Positions 1-10,827 of a stretch of DNA of 64,000 bases are shown piece after piece. Location of the stretch: assembly GCA_002352345.1 (NCBI GenBank), contig DEIG01000014.1, positions 33-64,032 on the forward strand. The letters are read 5' to 3'. Source of the stretch: Methylococcaceae bacterium UBA2780 (GTDB taxonomy: Bacteria > Pseudomonadota > Gammaproteobacteria > Methylococcales > UBA2780). Both the position numbers and the translations under genes were made by a program. Position 1 is the stretch's first letter, and every line of letters begins with the position of its first letter. The notes under the pieces were generated by a model. It was not told the origin of the DNA. It ran no database searches and worked only from the letters and a program-made list of their open reading frames with translations.

Positions 1-18
1 CTCAAACCATGCAACACT

Positions 19-897
19 TCAAAGGCCCGACACACTCTCCAAAATAGGGGAGCTATTCAACCCTTTTGCAACAAAACAAGACCAATCAGCCATCAATCCA
101 TTTTTAGCCTGCTCAGCCCGCTCTTTCTCTGGAAACTCGGCATACACACAAGCCCCAGTTCCCGTTAACCTTGCCTCTCCATACACAGAAAGCGCCTTCA
201 ACGCCCTTCCAACCGCGTCATACTTCGAAACCACTAGTGACCGACAATCATTCTCCCTGTGCCGACCTGAAACGAAGCCCGATATTGTGATAGGAATACT
301 ATCTCTTGTCAATTCCGGATCTGAAAAAATATCCCTTGTTGAGACATGGCAACCAGGAACAATAACTACGTACCACGGTTCACTTAAATTCAGCGGCGTT
401 AATTTATCACCAACACCCTCGGCCCAAGCCGCCACCCCCTTAATAAAAACCGGCACATCAGCCCCCAATAACCCTCCTATATCCATCAGCTCATTGAGTG
501 AAAGATTTAGCTCCCATAATTTATTCAATACACAAAGTGTTGTTGCTGCATCTGAACTTCCACCACCCACTCCACCACCCATGGGCAAGTTCTTTTGGAC
601 TTTAATCTCAGCACCTTTGCCAGCCCCACCCCTATCTCTAAGCAATTTCGCTGCCTTAACAACCAAATCCTGTTCTGCAGGAACACCTTCAATTTCGCCT
701 ACCCTCACAATATCTTGGTCACCTCTTCCCCGGAAACTTATCTGATCACAATAATCTATAAACTGAAATACTGTCTGTAGATCGTGATAGCCATCAGCAC
801 GCCTCCCTATCACTTTAAGCAGTAAGTTAAGTTTTCCTGGCGCAGGAAACCACCGCGTCCAACGGCCAGCTCTAAAATCATCTAGCTCACCGACCAT
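19..897 (-). CDS. ispE: 4-diphosphocytidyl-2-C-methyl-D-erythritol kinase
   Basis: PAPGKLNL N-terminus, GHMP motif PMGGGVGGGSSDAA, LTGTGACV. Start moved to ATG 897 (GAGGAG RBS), overlapping lolB. Confidence 0.95.
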   Translation of the reverse strand: MVGELDDFRAGRWTRWFPAPGKLNLLLKVIGRRADGYHDLQTVFQFIDYCDQISFRGRGDQDIVRVGEIEGVPAEQDLVVKAAKLLRDRGGAGKGAEIKVQKNLPMGGGVGGGSSDAATTLCVLNKLWELNLSLNELMDIGGLLGADVPVFIKGVAAWAEGVGDKLTPLNLSEPWYVVIVPGCHVSTRDIFSDPELTRDSIPITISGFVSGRHRENDCRSLVVSKYDAVGRALKALSVYGEARLTGTGACVYAEFPEKERAEQAKNGLMADWSCFVAKGLNSSPILESVSGL

Positions 898-1504
898 CGG
901 CCAGCTCCTCTTCCCAGTCATCAACAACAAACTTTAGCAAAAGCTGCTCATTTTCAATCTTAAGGCGATATGGAAAAATATTGGCACCAGACAACCTAAA
1001 GTCCCACTGAGAAATCAACCAATCACCCTGACGGAAAACTGTTGAACTGGGATCTTCTTTCACAACATGAAATGGCTCACCTTCTTCAGGCAATCCTCTC
1101 ACCCACCACCGCAATGCTCCCAATGGAACCGAGAAGCCAAGCCTTTTTTCGAGCAGATCTTCATGATCTCGCACCACTTCCCTTTGCCCATCAGCATGTA
1201 AAAGCTCAACAACATCACCTTTCACTGTAATCACAATTGCACCCTGACCGATTGGCCCAGATATTTTTATCTTGTCCCGATTCGAACGGCTAACCCAGCT
1301 AATTTTCCCATGCCAACCATTAGACTTCTGACGAAAGGCAACTCGCCCCTTCATCGCCCACGGCTCCAGCTTACGCAAGAGCTCCCAATCCGGCTTTAAC
1401 TCTGAAGAAACCGGCGCGGTTGCACACCCCGATAACAGCAAAAACAGACAAGAGAAAAAAAGCACACTAAATCGAAAAAGGTGCCTACTGATGAGGTTGG
1501 CCAA
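887..1504 (-). CDS. lolB: Outer-membrane lipoprotein insertase LolB
   Basis: Lipobox LSGC, GPIGQG and LRWWVRGLP motifs, canonical position between TPR gene and ispE. Confidence 0.9.
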   Translation of the reverse strand: MANLISRHLFRFSVLFFSCLFLLLSGCATAPVSSELKPDWELLRKLEPWAMKGRVAFRQKSNGWHGKISWVSRSNRDKIKISGPIGQGAIVITVKGDVVELLHADGQREVVRDHEDLLEKRLGFSVPLGALRWWVRGLPEEGEPFHVVKEDPSSTVFRQGDWLISQWDFRLSGANIFPYRLKIENEQLLLKFVVDDWEEELADGR

Positions 1505-3328
1505 CTAAAATACCTCTCTAAACCGCTCTTTTATCTCCTTGAGATGAACGCTCCCAGGATGCGCCTCATCAGCCTCTTTCCATATACTCTTCGCCTGCCC
1601 CTTTTCACCAACAACCCACAGCACCTCACCCAAATGAGCCGCAATCTCCGCATCCCTATTTTTCTTATACGCGCGCTGTAAATAACGCAGCGCCGATTCA
1701 AATCTCCCTTTCTTAAACTGTAGCCAGCCATAGCTATCCATAATCGCCGCATCATCTGGCTTCAATGCCAGCGCTTTCTGAAGATACTCCTCCGCCTCGT
1801 CATAACGCTCGGTTCGGTTTGATAAGGTATAACCCAATGCATTAAGCGCATTAACATCATCAGGTTTCACCTTCAGCACATACAGAAGATCCTCCTCCAC
1901 CATGTCTAGCCGCCCCATCCGCTCAGATACTAGCGATCGAGCATAAAACAGCCGCAATTCACTGGGCTTTACCTCCATCGCCTCGCTGTACAGATCAAAA
2001 GCTGCTTGAAATTGTCCAACCTCCCGAAGGAGCTCTCCCTCCATCAAATAAAAACGAACCTGATGCTCAGGCAGCTGCTCTCGCAAAACAACCAACCGTG
2101 ACCGAGCCTCACCAATATCTCCAATGATGGTAAGCGCTCGCACAGCACCCATTTGTGCATCCAGATACAGCCGGCCGCGCGCCACTTGATCAAACCAGCC
2201 CACAGCCTCTTTATATGCTTTATCCTTTAACGCAAGGCCGCCAAGATAAAAAGAGGACTGGCTAGACCATTTTGGGTCTGCCACTAGCTTCTCAAATTTC
2301 TCTTTTGCCCCCCCTGTATCGCCCCGCCTCAACTCAAGCAATCCCAAGGAAAAAATCGCATCATGGTTATTTGGGCTTTCCTCAACAATCTGTCTAAAAG
2401 ACCTTTCTGCCTCTTCTACCTTCCCGCTCCCCAGCATAAGCTGCGCTTGCAACATTTTTAACTTTATATTTTCAGGCTCAATTTCAAGCGCCTGTTTAAT
2501 AACGTCAGCTGCCGCGGCTACACTTCCTTGCTTAGCTAAAATTTGAGACTCAAGAACCATCGATTTGATCCAGCCCGGATTCAGCTCTCGTGCTCGCTCT
2601 ATTTCTGAAGCAGCGATTTTTAACTGCTCCCTATGAAACGCCAACAATGAAAAGGCATAATGCGCCTCAGCCCTATCATCGTACTTCTCTACAACACCCC
2701 TCATAAAGGCAAGACTCTGCTCCCTATCCGGCAGCTTCCCCACTCTTTGTGCAAGCCCAATCATCTCTTGCTTTGAATCAACCTCAGGCAATGACAGTAA
2801 CGCATCAATTTGAGCTAAAGCCTCATCCATATCACCATTTGCCATCAGCCAACCAACCTTTAAGCGGTTAGCCTCAATATTGGTAGGTTCTTCAGACAAC
2901 CAAACATTGATCGCTTCAATCGCTTGACTCTGCCTCTGGGAAAACCAAGCAATTTTTGCAGCACGCTCAGCTACCTGACTATTATGCGTTGAACGCATCG
3001 CCTTCATATAGCCATCAAGCGCCAAATCTAACTGCCCTCTTTGCCCTGCAATTTCTGAAGTGAGCAAAACATAAAGAAGATCAGCCTGTATTGCGCTTCC
3101 CGGTGATTCACTCGCTTCCGTCTTTTGCTTGGGAGCTATCGCAGCAACATCTGTTTCCACCCCCTCTAGTCTTGGCGGTACAGTTGCGCAACCAGAGAAC
3201 AGCACTAAGTTCACCATAGCCAGAAAACTTGCTAGAACAATCTTCAACACAAAGCCTCTCTTTGTTGTTTTAAACAGGCCACACACTGAAGTGCTCAATA
3301 CTTTGTAACACAACTGTTTCAGGGCCAT
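1505..3328 (-). CDS. Tetratricopeptide-repeat lipoprotein
   Basis: Lipobox FSGC, many TPR-like repeats (NALNALGYTL, DSYGWLQF, EIAAHLGEVLW), divergent from hemA. True start probably downstream of 3328. Confidence 0.85.
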   Translation of the reverse strand: MALKQLCYKVLSTSVCGLFKTTKRGFVLKIVLASFLAMVNLVLFSGCATVPPRLEGVETDVAAIAPKQKTEASESPGSAIQADLLYVLLTSEIAGQRGQLDLALDGYMKAMRSTHNSQVAERAAKIAWFSQRQSQAIEAINVWLSEEPTNIEANRLKVGWLMANGDMDEALAQIDALLSLPEVDSKQEMIGLAQRVGKLPDREQSLAFMRGVVEKYDDRAEAHYAFSLLAFHREQLKIAASEIERARELNPGWIKSMVLESQILAKQGSVAAAADVIKQALEIEPENIKLKMLQAQLMLGSGKVEEAERSFRQIVEESPNNHDAIFSLGLLELRRGDTGGAKEKFEKLVADPKWSSQSSFYLGGLALKDKAYKEAVGWFDQVARGRLYLDAQMGAVRALTIIGDIGEARSRLVVLREQLPEHQVRFYLMEGELLREVGQFQAAFDLYSEAMEVKPSELRLFYARSLVSERMGRLDMVEEDLLYVLKVKPDDVNALNALGYTLSNRTERYDEAEEYLQKALALKPDDAAIMDSYGWLQFKKGRFESALRYLQRAYKKNRDAEIAAHLGEVLWVVGEKGQAKSIWKEADEAHPGSVHLKEIKERFREVF

Positions 3329-3481
3329 TATGGCTGGCCACTATAGTGTATTTATAAAGACAGATCCACGTTCAGAGTTATTTGCCTAATCAAGTTATTT
3401 ATCAAAAATCAGCTTCGTTTTGGACGCCACAGACTCTTTCTTTCTATAATAGAGAGCTAAAGAGCTTCGCATCGTTCATAA

Positions 3482-4741
3482 ATGACACTTATCACACTTG
3501 GGATTAATCACAATACGGCCCCCGTTTCTATTCGGGAGAAACTTGTATTCCCTACTGAAAAGCTCGTTAGCTCACTCCAAGATCTGATCCACCTGCCTAC
3601 AGTCGGTGAAGCAGCAATCCTCTCCACCTGCAACCGCACCGAGCTTTACTGCAACATTGAAAAAGGCTCCCCACAAGCTGTTATCGACTGGGTTGCCGCC
3701 TACCACCGACTCAATACAGATGAATTCAGCCAATATCTCTATACACACAACAATATAGAGACGACACGCCATATGTTTAGAGTTGCCTGCGGCCTTGATT
3801 CAATGGTCCTTGGGGAGCCTCAGATCCTTGGGCAAATGAAAACAGCCTGGCAAAGTGCCAACGATGCCGGCACGCTTGGAAAACATCTTGGTAAACTATT
3901 TCAGCACACTTTTTCTGCCGCCAAGAAAGTACGGACCGACACAGCTATCGGCTCCAGTCCCGTTTCCGTCGCATTTGCCGCCGTTCAACTTGCTCATCAG
4001 ATTTTTGGCGACCTACATGAGCAAACCGCCCTGCTGATCGGCGCCGGCGAAACTATCGAACTCACCGCTCGCCACCTGTCAGAGCACGGCATTGGCCGCA
4101 TCATCATTGCCAACCGAACTTACGATAAAGCTCATAAACTCGCATCACAGTTTAATGGTTATGCGCTAGCACTTTCCGAACTTCCTCAACACCTACCAGA
4201 AGCTGACATTATCGTTTCATCAACTGCCAGCCAACTCCCTATACTCGGCAAAGGACGAATTGAAAGCGCCCTGAAGGTACGAAAACACAAACCTATCTTC
4301 ATGGTCGATCTTGCTGTCCCGCGTGATATTGAGCCCGAAGTCGCTCAGCTAAACGATGTTTACCTCTATACAGTTGATGATCTAAAAAACAATGTCGAGG
4401 AGAACCTTAATAGCCGCCGTGAAGCGGCCAAACAGGCCGAAGAGATTATCGACACGCAGGTCGAACATTTTATGGGCTGGCTCCGCTCACAAGGCGCCAT
4501 CACAACAATTTGCGATTACCGCGAAAGTGCCGAACTATTAAGAGATGAAGCACTATCCAAAGCACTCCAATCGCTTCGCAACGGCCAGCCAGCAGACGAG
4601 GCTCTTGGGCTTTTAGCACATTCACTGACCAATAAACTCATTCACACACCCAGCACACAAATCCGCCAAGCCGGCATCAACGAACGCCATGACCTAGTTG
4701 CTGCGGCGCGCGAACTTTTCAAACTAAAAGGTAATAAATAA
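3482..4741 (+). CDS. hemA: Glutamyl-tRNA reductase
   Basis: LSTCNRTE, GLDSMVLGEPQILGQ, GAGET, DLAVPRDI. Confidence 0.97.
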   Translation: MTLITLGINHNTAPVSIREKLVFPTEKLVSSLQDLIHLPTVGEAAILSTCNRTELYCNIEKGSPQAVIDWVAAYHRLNTDEFSQYLYTHNNIETTRHMFRVACGLDSMVLGEPQILGQMKTAWQSANDAGTLGKHLGKLFQHTFSAAKKVRTDTAIGSSPVSVAFAAVQLAHQIFGDLHEQTALLIGAGETIELTARHLSEHGIGRIIIANRTYDKAHKLASQFNGYALALSELPQHLPEADIIVSSTASQLPILGKGRIESALKVRKHKPIFMVDLAVPRDIEPEVAQLNDVYLYTVDDLKNNVEENLNSRREAAKQAEEIIDTQVEHFMGWLRSQGAITTICDYRESAELLRDEALSKALQSLRNGQPADEALGLLAHSLTNKLIHTPSTQIRQAGINERHDLVAAARELFKLKGNK

Positions 4742-4744
4742 AAC

Positions 4745-5833
4745 GTGCAAGCCTCTATACAAAATAAGCTATCCAACTTGGCTGATCGCTTCGAAGAAAT
4801 TGCAGCTTTACTCTCAGAACCAGAAGTACAGGGCGACCAAAATCGTTATCGCGCCCTAAGCCAAGAGTATTCTCAGCTTGAACCAATTATTACCTGTTTC
4901 AAGGAGTTTGGCGACGCTGGAGAGGCCATCGAATCCGCTGAAGAGATGATACAGGAAGATGACCCAGAAATGCGCGAGCTGGCCAAAGAGGAGGTCAAGG
5001 AGAATCAGACGCTTCAAGCACAGCTGGCAAACGAATTACAGATCCTCTTACTCCCTAAAGATCCCAATGACGGCCGCAACGTCTATCTCGAAATCAGAGC
5101 CGGCACAGGTGGCGCAGAGGCTGCTATCTTCGCTGGAGACCTTCACCGCATGTACCTTCGTTATAGCGAATCAAGAAGGTGGCAAACTGAACAAATCAGT
5201 GAGAGTCTTGGCGAGCACGGTGGCTACAAGGAAATTGTCGTCCGCATCAGCGGTCAAGATGTCTATTCTCGGCTCAAGTTTGAATCGGGCGCACATCGTG
5301 TTCAGCGTGTCCCTGAAACCGAATCACAAGGGCGCGTACACACCTCAGCCTGCACCGTTGCGGTTCTTGCAGAAGCAGATGAGATTGACGCGATCGAAAT
5401 TAACCCAGCTGATCTGCGTGTAGACACCTTTCGTGCATCCGGAGCGGGTGGGCAGCACGTCAACAAAACCGACTCTGCGATTCGGCTCACCCATCTGCCG
5501 ACAGGGCTTGTTGTCGAGTGTCAAGATGAACGCTCTCAGCATAAAAATCGTGCTCGCGCCATGTCTCTGCTCTCTGCTCGACTACTCGCAGCAGAGGAGG
5601 AAAAAGCCGCATCAGAACAGGCTGCCGCACGCAAAAGTCAGGTAGGTAGCGGTGATCGCTCTGAGCGTATTCGCACCTATAACTACCCACAAGGCCGAAT
5701 GACCGACCACCGAATCAACCTAACGCTCTATAAACTCGATGAAATTATGCAGGGCAGCCTTGATTCTGTGATCGATCCCCTACTCAATGAGTACCAAGCT
5801 GAACAGCTCGCTCAAATGGCAGAGGACTCTTAA
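4745..5833 (+). CDS. prfA: Peptide chain release factor 1
   Basis: GGQ motif ([13 protein letters not shown]), PET anticodon motif, hemA-prfA-prmC order. Confidence 0.97.
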   Translation: MQASIQNKLSNLADRFEEIAALLSEPEVQGDQNRYRALSQEYSQLEPIITCFKEFGDAGEAIESAEEMIQEDDPEMRELAKEEVKENQTLQAQLANELQILLLPKDPNDGRNVYLEIRAGTGGAEAAIFAGDLHRMYLRYSESRRWQTEQISESLGEHGGYKEIVVRISGQDVYSRLKFESGAHRVQRVPETESQGRVHTSACTVAVLAEADEIDAIEINPADLRVDTFRASGAGGQHVNKTDSAIRLTHLPTGLVVECQDERSQHKNRARAMSLLSARLLAAEEEKAASEQAAARKSQVGSGDRSERIRTYNYPQGRMTDHRINLTLYKLDEIMQGSLDSVIDPLLNEYQAEQLAQMAEDS

Positions 5834-5837
5834 CCCG

Positions 5838-6680
5838 TTGAGCACGATTTCCGAAGCGCTTCAGCAAGCAAGTAACCTGCTGACAAAAAGCGACAGCCCC
5901 AGACTGGATGCTGAACTGCTTTTAATTAAATTACTCGAAAAACCGCGCACACATCTTTTTTGCTGGCCCGATGAAGCAGTTCCAGAAGAGCTACTGACGC
6001 GATATAAGGCGCTAATTAACAGACGGGCAACCGGCCAGCCAATTGCCCATTTGATTGGGCAGCGGGAATTCTGGTCAAGAGACTTTCGAGTTACTGCCGA
6101 CACACTAATCCCCCGTCCCGAAACTGAGCTATTAGTTGAGCTAGCACTGGAGCGACTTCCAACCCACCAAGAATGCTTAGTAGCAGATCTTGGAACAGGG
6201 AGCGGAGCCATTGGCATCACGCTAGCACTTGAAAAGACAAATATAAAAGTAACTGCCACCGACACAAGCCCCAAAGCACTACAGGTTGCCGCCGAAAATG
6301 CAAAAACTCTCGGTGCAAATAACATCTCTTTCCTGCTCAGCAACTGGTTTGACTCAATCGCGGAGAGACAATTTCAGCTTATTATCAGCAACCCACCTTA
6401 TATTGCTGAAAATGACCCGCACCTAAAACAGGGGGATGTTCGCTTTGAACCCAACAGTGCGCTCACATCAGGCCCCGAAGGGCTCGATGATATAGAAATC
6501 ATTATTGCTCATGCCTGCGACCATCTAATCGATGGCGGCCTACTTTTACTTGAGCATGGTTACAATCAGGCGGAAAATATACAGCAAATTTTTAGCCAGC
6601 ATGGCTACAGCAACATTCGATCACACTCTGATCTGGCAGGACATCTTCGCGCCACTAGCGCTGAATGGCGAACCCATTAG
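5838..6680 (+). CDS. prmC: Release factor glutamine methyltransferase
   Basis: LIPRPETE, DLGTGSG, SNPPY. Likely TTG start at 5838. Confidence 0.95.
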   Translation: MSTISEALQQASNLLTKSDSPRLDAELLLIKLLEKPRTHLFCWPDEAVPEELLTRYKALINRRATGQPIAHLIGQREFWSRDFRVTADTLIPRPETELLVELALERLPTHQECLVADLGTGSGAIGITLALEKTNIKVTATDTSPKALQVAAENAKTLGANNISFLLSNWFDSIAERQFQLIISNPPYIAENDPHLKQGDVRFEPNSALTSGPEGLDDIEIIIAHACDHLIDGGLLLLEHGYNQAENIQQIFSQHGYSNIRSHSDLAGHLRATSAEWRTH

Positions 6681-6690
6681 ACAAAAAACT

Positions 6691-7104
6691 ATGACTTTAG
6701 AAAAAATAAAAATTTCACGACGACTTGTTAACCAGCTGCTTCATCACGCACAAAGTAGTCCAGAGCTAGAAATATGCGGACTAGTTGGCGGAAAAGAAAA
6801 CAGGCCCACGCATTGTTATCCAGTAACAAATAGCGCCAGCACCCCTGCCAACCGTTTCCTACTTGATGCTGAAGGGCAGATTGAGGCCATGAAAAAGATG
6901 CGCGAGAATGGGGAGGCACTTTTCGCCATCTATCACTCACACCCCACCTCACCTGCCGAGCCTTCAGCAATCGATCTTGAATTAGCAGCCTATCCAGACG
7001 CACTTTACCTCATCATCTCACTTAACACTAAAGGGGTACTCGAAATGCGTGGTTTCCGACTAAATGACAATAAGATGGTCATTGAAGTTGGCTTACAACT
7101 ATAA
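6691..7104 (+). CDS. JAB/MPN+ (M67 family) metallopeptidase
   Basis: JAMM motif E...HSHPTSPAEPSAID. ATG at 6691 is in frame with the ORF-track call. Confidence 0.85.
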   Translation: MTLEKIKISRRLVNQLLHHAQSSPELEICGLVGGKENRPTHCYPVTNSASTPANRFLLDAEGQIEAMKKMRENGEALFAIYHSHPTSPAEPSAIDLELAAYPDALYLIISLNTKGVLEMRGFRLNDNKMVIEVGLQL

Positions 7105-7121
7105 ATAACGACCAAGAGAAA

Positions 7122-7355
7122 ATGACTAACCAGATAATCTTAAAACAGTCACCTACCGAACTTTATAAAATCCTCAAGTTTGAAGGAATGGTCAGTAGCG
7201 GTGCTGAGGCCAAGTGCGTAATCGGTAACGGCCTCGTTAAAGTAAACAACAAGGTCGAAACAAGAAAGCGCAACAAAATTGTTGCCGGAGATACGATTGA
7301 GTTTGCCGGTGAGACTTACCAAATAAGTGACGAAGAGGGCAATAAGCAGGTCTAA
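7122..7355 (+). CDS. S4-domain RNA-binding protein (YbcJ/YaaA-like)
   Basis: ELYKILKFEGMVSSGAEAK...VKVNNKVETRKRNKI S4 pattern. Confidence 0.85.
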   Translation: MTNQIILKQSPTELYKILKFEGMVSSGAEAKCVIGNGLVKVNNKVETRKRNKIVAGDTIEFAGETYQISDEEGNKQV

Positions 7356-8116
7356 TTTCTAGCGAGCGGATCCTGCTGAAAATAGGCTTTAAGCTGCCGA
7401 TAGACATCCGGATAGCGCTCAAACAGCAACGCCGGAGCGGTAAAAAAATATTCACACATTACCGCAAAATACTCTGCCGGATTAGTCGCCGCATAAGGAT
7501 TAATCCCTCCATGGCAATGCTCCACTCGCTCAAGCAACCGTTCATAGCCTTCGCTTAAAGAGCGAGTCCACTCTGAAACGGGCATTTCTGGATGCAGCGG
7601 GGGCATGCCATTAGCGCGCCCGTTAAGCATATCGAGTTTGTGAGCAAATTCATGCAATACGACATGATGGCCCTCTCGAATCTGAAAGCTATCGCGCTCC
7701 ACCTCATCCCAGGCAAAAACCAGCGGCCCCTTTGTCCAAGCTTCACCGCTTAAGATACGACTTTCTGTAGAAATTATCCCAAATTCATTCTCTGTTTCCC
7801 GCTCGACTCGAAAGGTGCTGGGGTAAACAATAATCTCAGACCAGCCATCAAATGCCGCAATATTAAATGCCAGTATTTCGAGGCAAGCTTGCGCTGCTAT
7901 GATGATTTTCATCTCTAGCGTCAACTCAAGACCTTGCGCCCCTGAAAAGACTTTTTGATGAATAAAGAGTGTTGTCAGCAGCCTTAATCGTGCTTTTTCG
8001 CTCGAATTCAGCCCACTCAATAGAGGCAACTTTCGCGTCACCTCAAACCAATCATGGTCGGGTAACGCATGCTTTCGCAAAACCCAAGAAACGCTTAGGC
8101 GTTCAAACCAGCTCAC
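7352..8116 (-). CDS. mtfA: M90 family zinc peptidase (MtfA-like)
   Basis: HEFAHKLD, YAATNPAEYFAV, IIVYP. Confidence 0.85.
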   Translation of the reverse strand: MSWFERLSVSWVLRKHALPDHDWFEVTRKLPLLSGLNSSEKARLRLLTTLFIHQKVFSGAQGLELTLEMKIIIAAQACLEILAFNIAAFDGWSEIIVYPSTFRVERETENEFGIISTESRILSGEAWTKGPLVFAWDEVERDSFQIREGHHVVLHEFAHKLDMLNGRANGMPPLHPEMPVSEWTRSLSEGYERLLERVEHCHGGINPYAATNPAEYFAVMCEYFFTAPALLFERYPDVYRQLKAYFQQDPLARN

Positions 8117-8661
8117 TTCAAGCCAATAACCTTGTACTGCCCTTGGGTGCTTAAAACCACGGAAGCTGGCCCGTTAGTCTTGTTCTCCCAATACCAGCCA
8201 TGCGAGCCATCAAACGGTGCTTTAAAAGAGCCTTTAACTTCACTCGCTGTGCTTTCTGTATAACTCTCAAAGTAACCCGTCGTATCGCCATCGGGTTCGC
8301 CATGAAAATCAAAATAGAGCTCAATTCCCATGCTATTCCAGCTATATAGCATCGGGCTGCCTTTTAGCAGGTGGAACTTATACTCCAACCCTTTACCTGC
8401 TGGAATGACCACTTCAACACGATCACTCATAAAACTTCCTGCTGTTTTTTTCTTTGACTCTCTTTTGCTGACAACAGCTTTTTGTTTTGGCGCTAACTCG
8501 GTTAAGCCCACTTTTTTTCCTAAGCCTGTTGGATCAATATTGTATTCTGCAGGAAGGATTGCGATGACCAGAACAGTCGCAGCAATGACTAAAGCAATGA
8601 TCGTTGCTTTAAACAATGCCGCAATGGACTGAACAGGATAATTAACTTTTTCTGGTGTCAT
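8113..8661 (-). CDS. Membrane-anchored protein of the family usually encoded next to HupE/UreJ
   Basis: One TM segment, LPAEYNIDPTG, DFHGEP, GSHGWYW. Confidence 0.6.
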   Translation of the reverse strand: MTPEKVNYPVQSIAALFKATIIALVIAATVLVIAILPAEYNIDPTGLGKKVGLTELAPKQKAVVSKRESKKKTAGSFMSDRVEVVIPAGKGLEYKFHLLKGSPMLYSWNSMGIELYFDFHGEPDGDTTGYFESYTESTASEVKGSFKAPFDGSHGWYWENKTNGPASVVLSTQGQYKVIGLK

Positions 8662-8682
8662 TTTTCTAATTGCCTCTCTGCA

Positions 8683-9369
8683 TTACGACATTAGATAACC
8701 GGTGAGCTGATACCCAACCAACATCATCCCGCCACTCATTAATAATGTATTAACTGCCATTGAAAAGCGTAAAAAACTCGGCTGCCGCCGCCAGATACTC
8801 AACGCAATCAAAATAAAGATAAGTGCCATAAATTGGCCTAGCTCAACCCCCACATTAAAAGCGATTAAGTTCTCCAATAGGCCATTTTCGGGGATTTTGA
8901 ATTCCTGTAGTTTCGTTGCCAAGCCAAACCCATGAAACAGGCCAAAGATTAAGACAGCCACTTTCGTGTTTGGCTGAAAACCAAATAGCCTCTGAAATCC
9001 ACCTAAATTATCAAACCCTTTATAGACAATAGAGAAACCGATAATTGCATCAATAATAAAGGGATTTACGGCAATATTATTTAGCACCCCCAACATTAAT
9101 GTCAGGCTGTGCCCTATAGTAAAAAAGGTGACATAAACCAAAACATCTTTTGGCCTATAGAGAAAAAAGATCACCCCAACCAGGAAAAGCAGGTGATCAT
9201 AACCTGTCACCATATGCTTGGCACCAATATATAAAAAAGGGGCGATTGCCGCCCCCTCTATACTCTGTAGAAACTGCCTTGTCGCATCATCTACACCATG
9301 AGCAGTCACACTCGATGAGAACACAATTAGACTTATCACTAGGCAAACGCGACTCCACACAGCAGCCAT
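8683..9369 (-). CDS. HupE/UreJ family membrane protein (putative Ni/Co transporter)
   Basis: Signal peptide ending AH, HMVTGYDHLLF, FTIGHSLTL, FGLFHGFG, FNVGVELGQ. Confidence 0.85.
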   Translation of the reverse strand: MAAVWSRVCLVISLIVFSSSVTAHGVDDATRQFLQSIEGAAIAPFLYIGAKHMVTGYDHLLFLVGVIFFLYRPKDVLVYVTFFTIGHSLTLMLGVLNNIAVNPFIIDAIIGFSIVYKGFDNLGGFQRLFGFQPNTKVAVLIFGLFHGFGLATKLQEFKIPENGLLENLIAFNVGVELGQFMALIFILIALSIWRRQPSFLRFSMAVNTLLMSGGMMLVGYQLTGYLMS

Positions 9370-9379
9370 TCAGAATACC

Positions 9380-10819
9380 CTAGCCATCCAACTTCGGTTT
9401 AAGCAACTTGTTTACTTCACCCGGATTAGCTTTACCCTGCGTCTGCTTCATCACTTGGCCCACAAAAAAGCCCATCAGCTTTGTTTTTCCTCCGCGGTAC
9501 TGCTCAACTTGGCCCTGATTATCGGCAATAATCTGGTCAATAATCGCCTCAATCGCACCGCTATCGGTAATCTGTTTCAACCCTTTCGCTTCAATAATGC
9601 TGTCGGCATCGCCCCCCTCTTCCCAGAGAAGTTCGAAGACCTGTTTCGCTATCTTTCCAGAAACGGTCTCATCGCTAATTCGTTTAATCAAACCACTAAA
9701 CTGCTCGGCATTGATTGGGCTATCAGAAAGCTCTATTCCTGCCTTATTCAACGCACCGGAAAATTCACCTGTGACCCAGTTGCTACACAATTTCGGATCG
9801 GCTCCAGATGCCTTGACAACCTGCTCATAAAAACCGGCCAGCTCTTTAGTCGCCGTTAAAATAGCCGCATCGTAAGCAGATAGATTATATTCATCAATAA
9901 ACCGCTGACGCTTTTCATCTGGTAGTTCAGGCAATGTTTTTCTAATTGCAGCTTTTAATGCCTCGTCAACTTCAAGTGGTAATAGGTCTGGATCGGGGAA
10001 ATAACGATAGTCATTCGCCTCTTCCTTACTGCGCATTGAACGAGTTTCATCCTTATTGGCATCATAAAGCCGCGTCTCTTGAACCACTTTGCCACCGGTC
10101 TCAATCAGGTCGATCTGACGCTCCACCTCATGATTAATGGCTTTTTCGATAAATCGAAATGAGTTGAGGTTTTTGACCTCTGCACGCGTACCGTACTCTT
10201 CCTGCCCCTTAGGCCGAACCGAGACATTGGCATCACAACGAAATGAACCTTCTGCCATATTGCCATCACAGATGTCGATATACCGAACCAGCTCATGCAG
10301 CTTTTTCATGTAGGCAACAGCCTCTTTTGCTGAGCGCAGGTCAGGTTCTGAAACAATCTCGAGAAGAGGTGTCCCTGCACGGTTCAGGTCGACACCTGTC
10401 TGCCCATGAAAATCTTCATGTAGCGACTTACCCGCGTCCTCTTCAAGGTGAGCTCGGGTAACACCAATACGCTTAACCTTGCCATCAACCTCGATATCAA
10501 TATGGCCTATACCAACCACAGGCAGCTCAAATTGACTTATTTGATAGCCTTTAGGCAAATCCGGATAAAAATAGTTTTTACGTGCAAAAACTGATCGTGG
10601 CGCAATCTCGGCATCAATTGCCAAACCGAACTTGACCGCCATGCGAACCGCCTCTTTATTTAAAACCGGCAAAACACCAGGCAATCCCAAATCAACAGCA
10701 CAAGCCTGTCTGTTTGGGGCTGCACCGTATGCGGTAGATGCACCGGAAAAAATCTTAGATTTAGTCGCGAGTTGAGCGTGAATCTCTAGACCAATGACAA
10801 CTTCCCATTCCATATTCAA
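9380..10819 (-). CDS. gatB: Asp/Glu-tRNA amidotransferase subunit B
   Basis: [35 protein letters not shown]. Confidence 0.98.
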   Translation of the reverse strand: MNMEWEVVIGLEIHAQLATKSKIFSGASTAYGAAPNRQACAVDLGLPGVLPVLNKEAVRMAVKFGLAIDAEIAPRSVFARKNYFYPDLPKGYQISQFELPVVGIGHIDIEVDGKVKRIGVTRAHLEEDAGKSLHEDFHGQTGVDLNRAGTPLLEIVSEPDLRSAKEAVAYMKKLHELVRYIDICDGNMAEGSFRCDANVSVRPKGQEEYGTRAEVKNLNSFRFIEKAINHEVERQIDLIETGGKVVQETRLYDANKDETRSMRSKEEANDYRYFPDPDLLPLEVDEALKAAIRKTLPELPDEKRQRFIDEYNLSAYDAAILTATKELAGFYEQVVKASGADPKLCSNWVTGEFSGALNKAGIELSDSPINAEQFSGLIKRISDETVSGKIAKQVFELLWEEGGDADSIIEAKGLKQITDSGAIEAIIDQIIADNQGQVEQYRGGKTKLMGFFVGQVMKQTQGKANPGEVNKLLKPKLDG

Positions 10820-10827
10820 CTCCTAAA

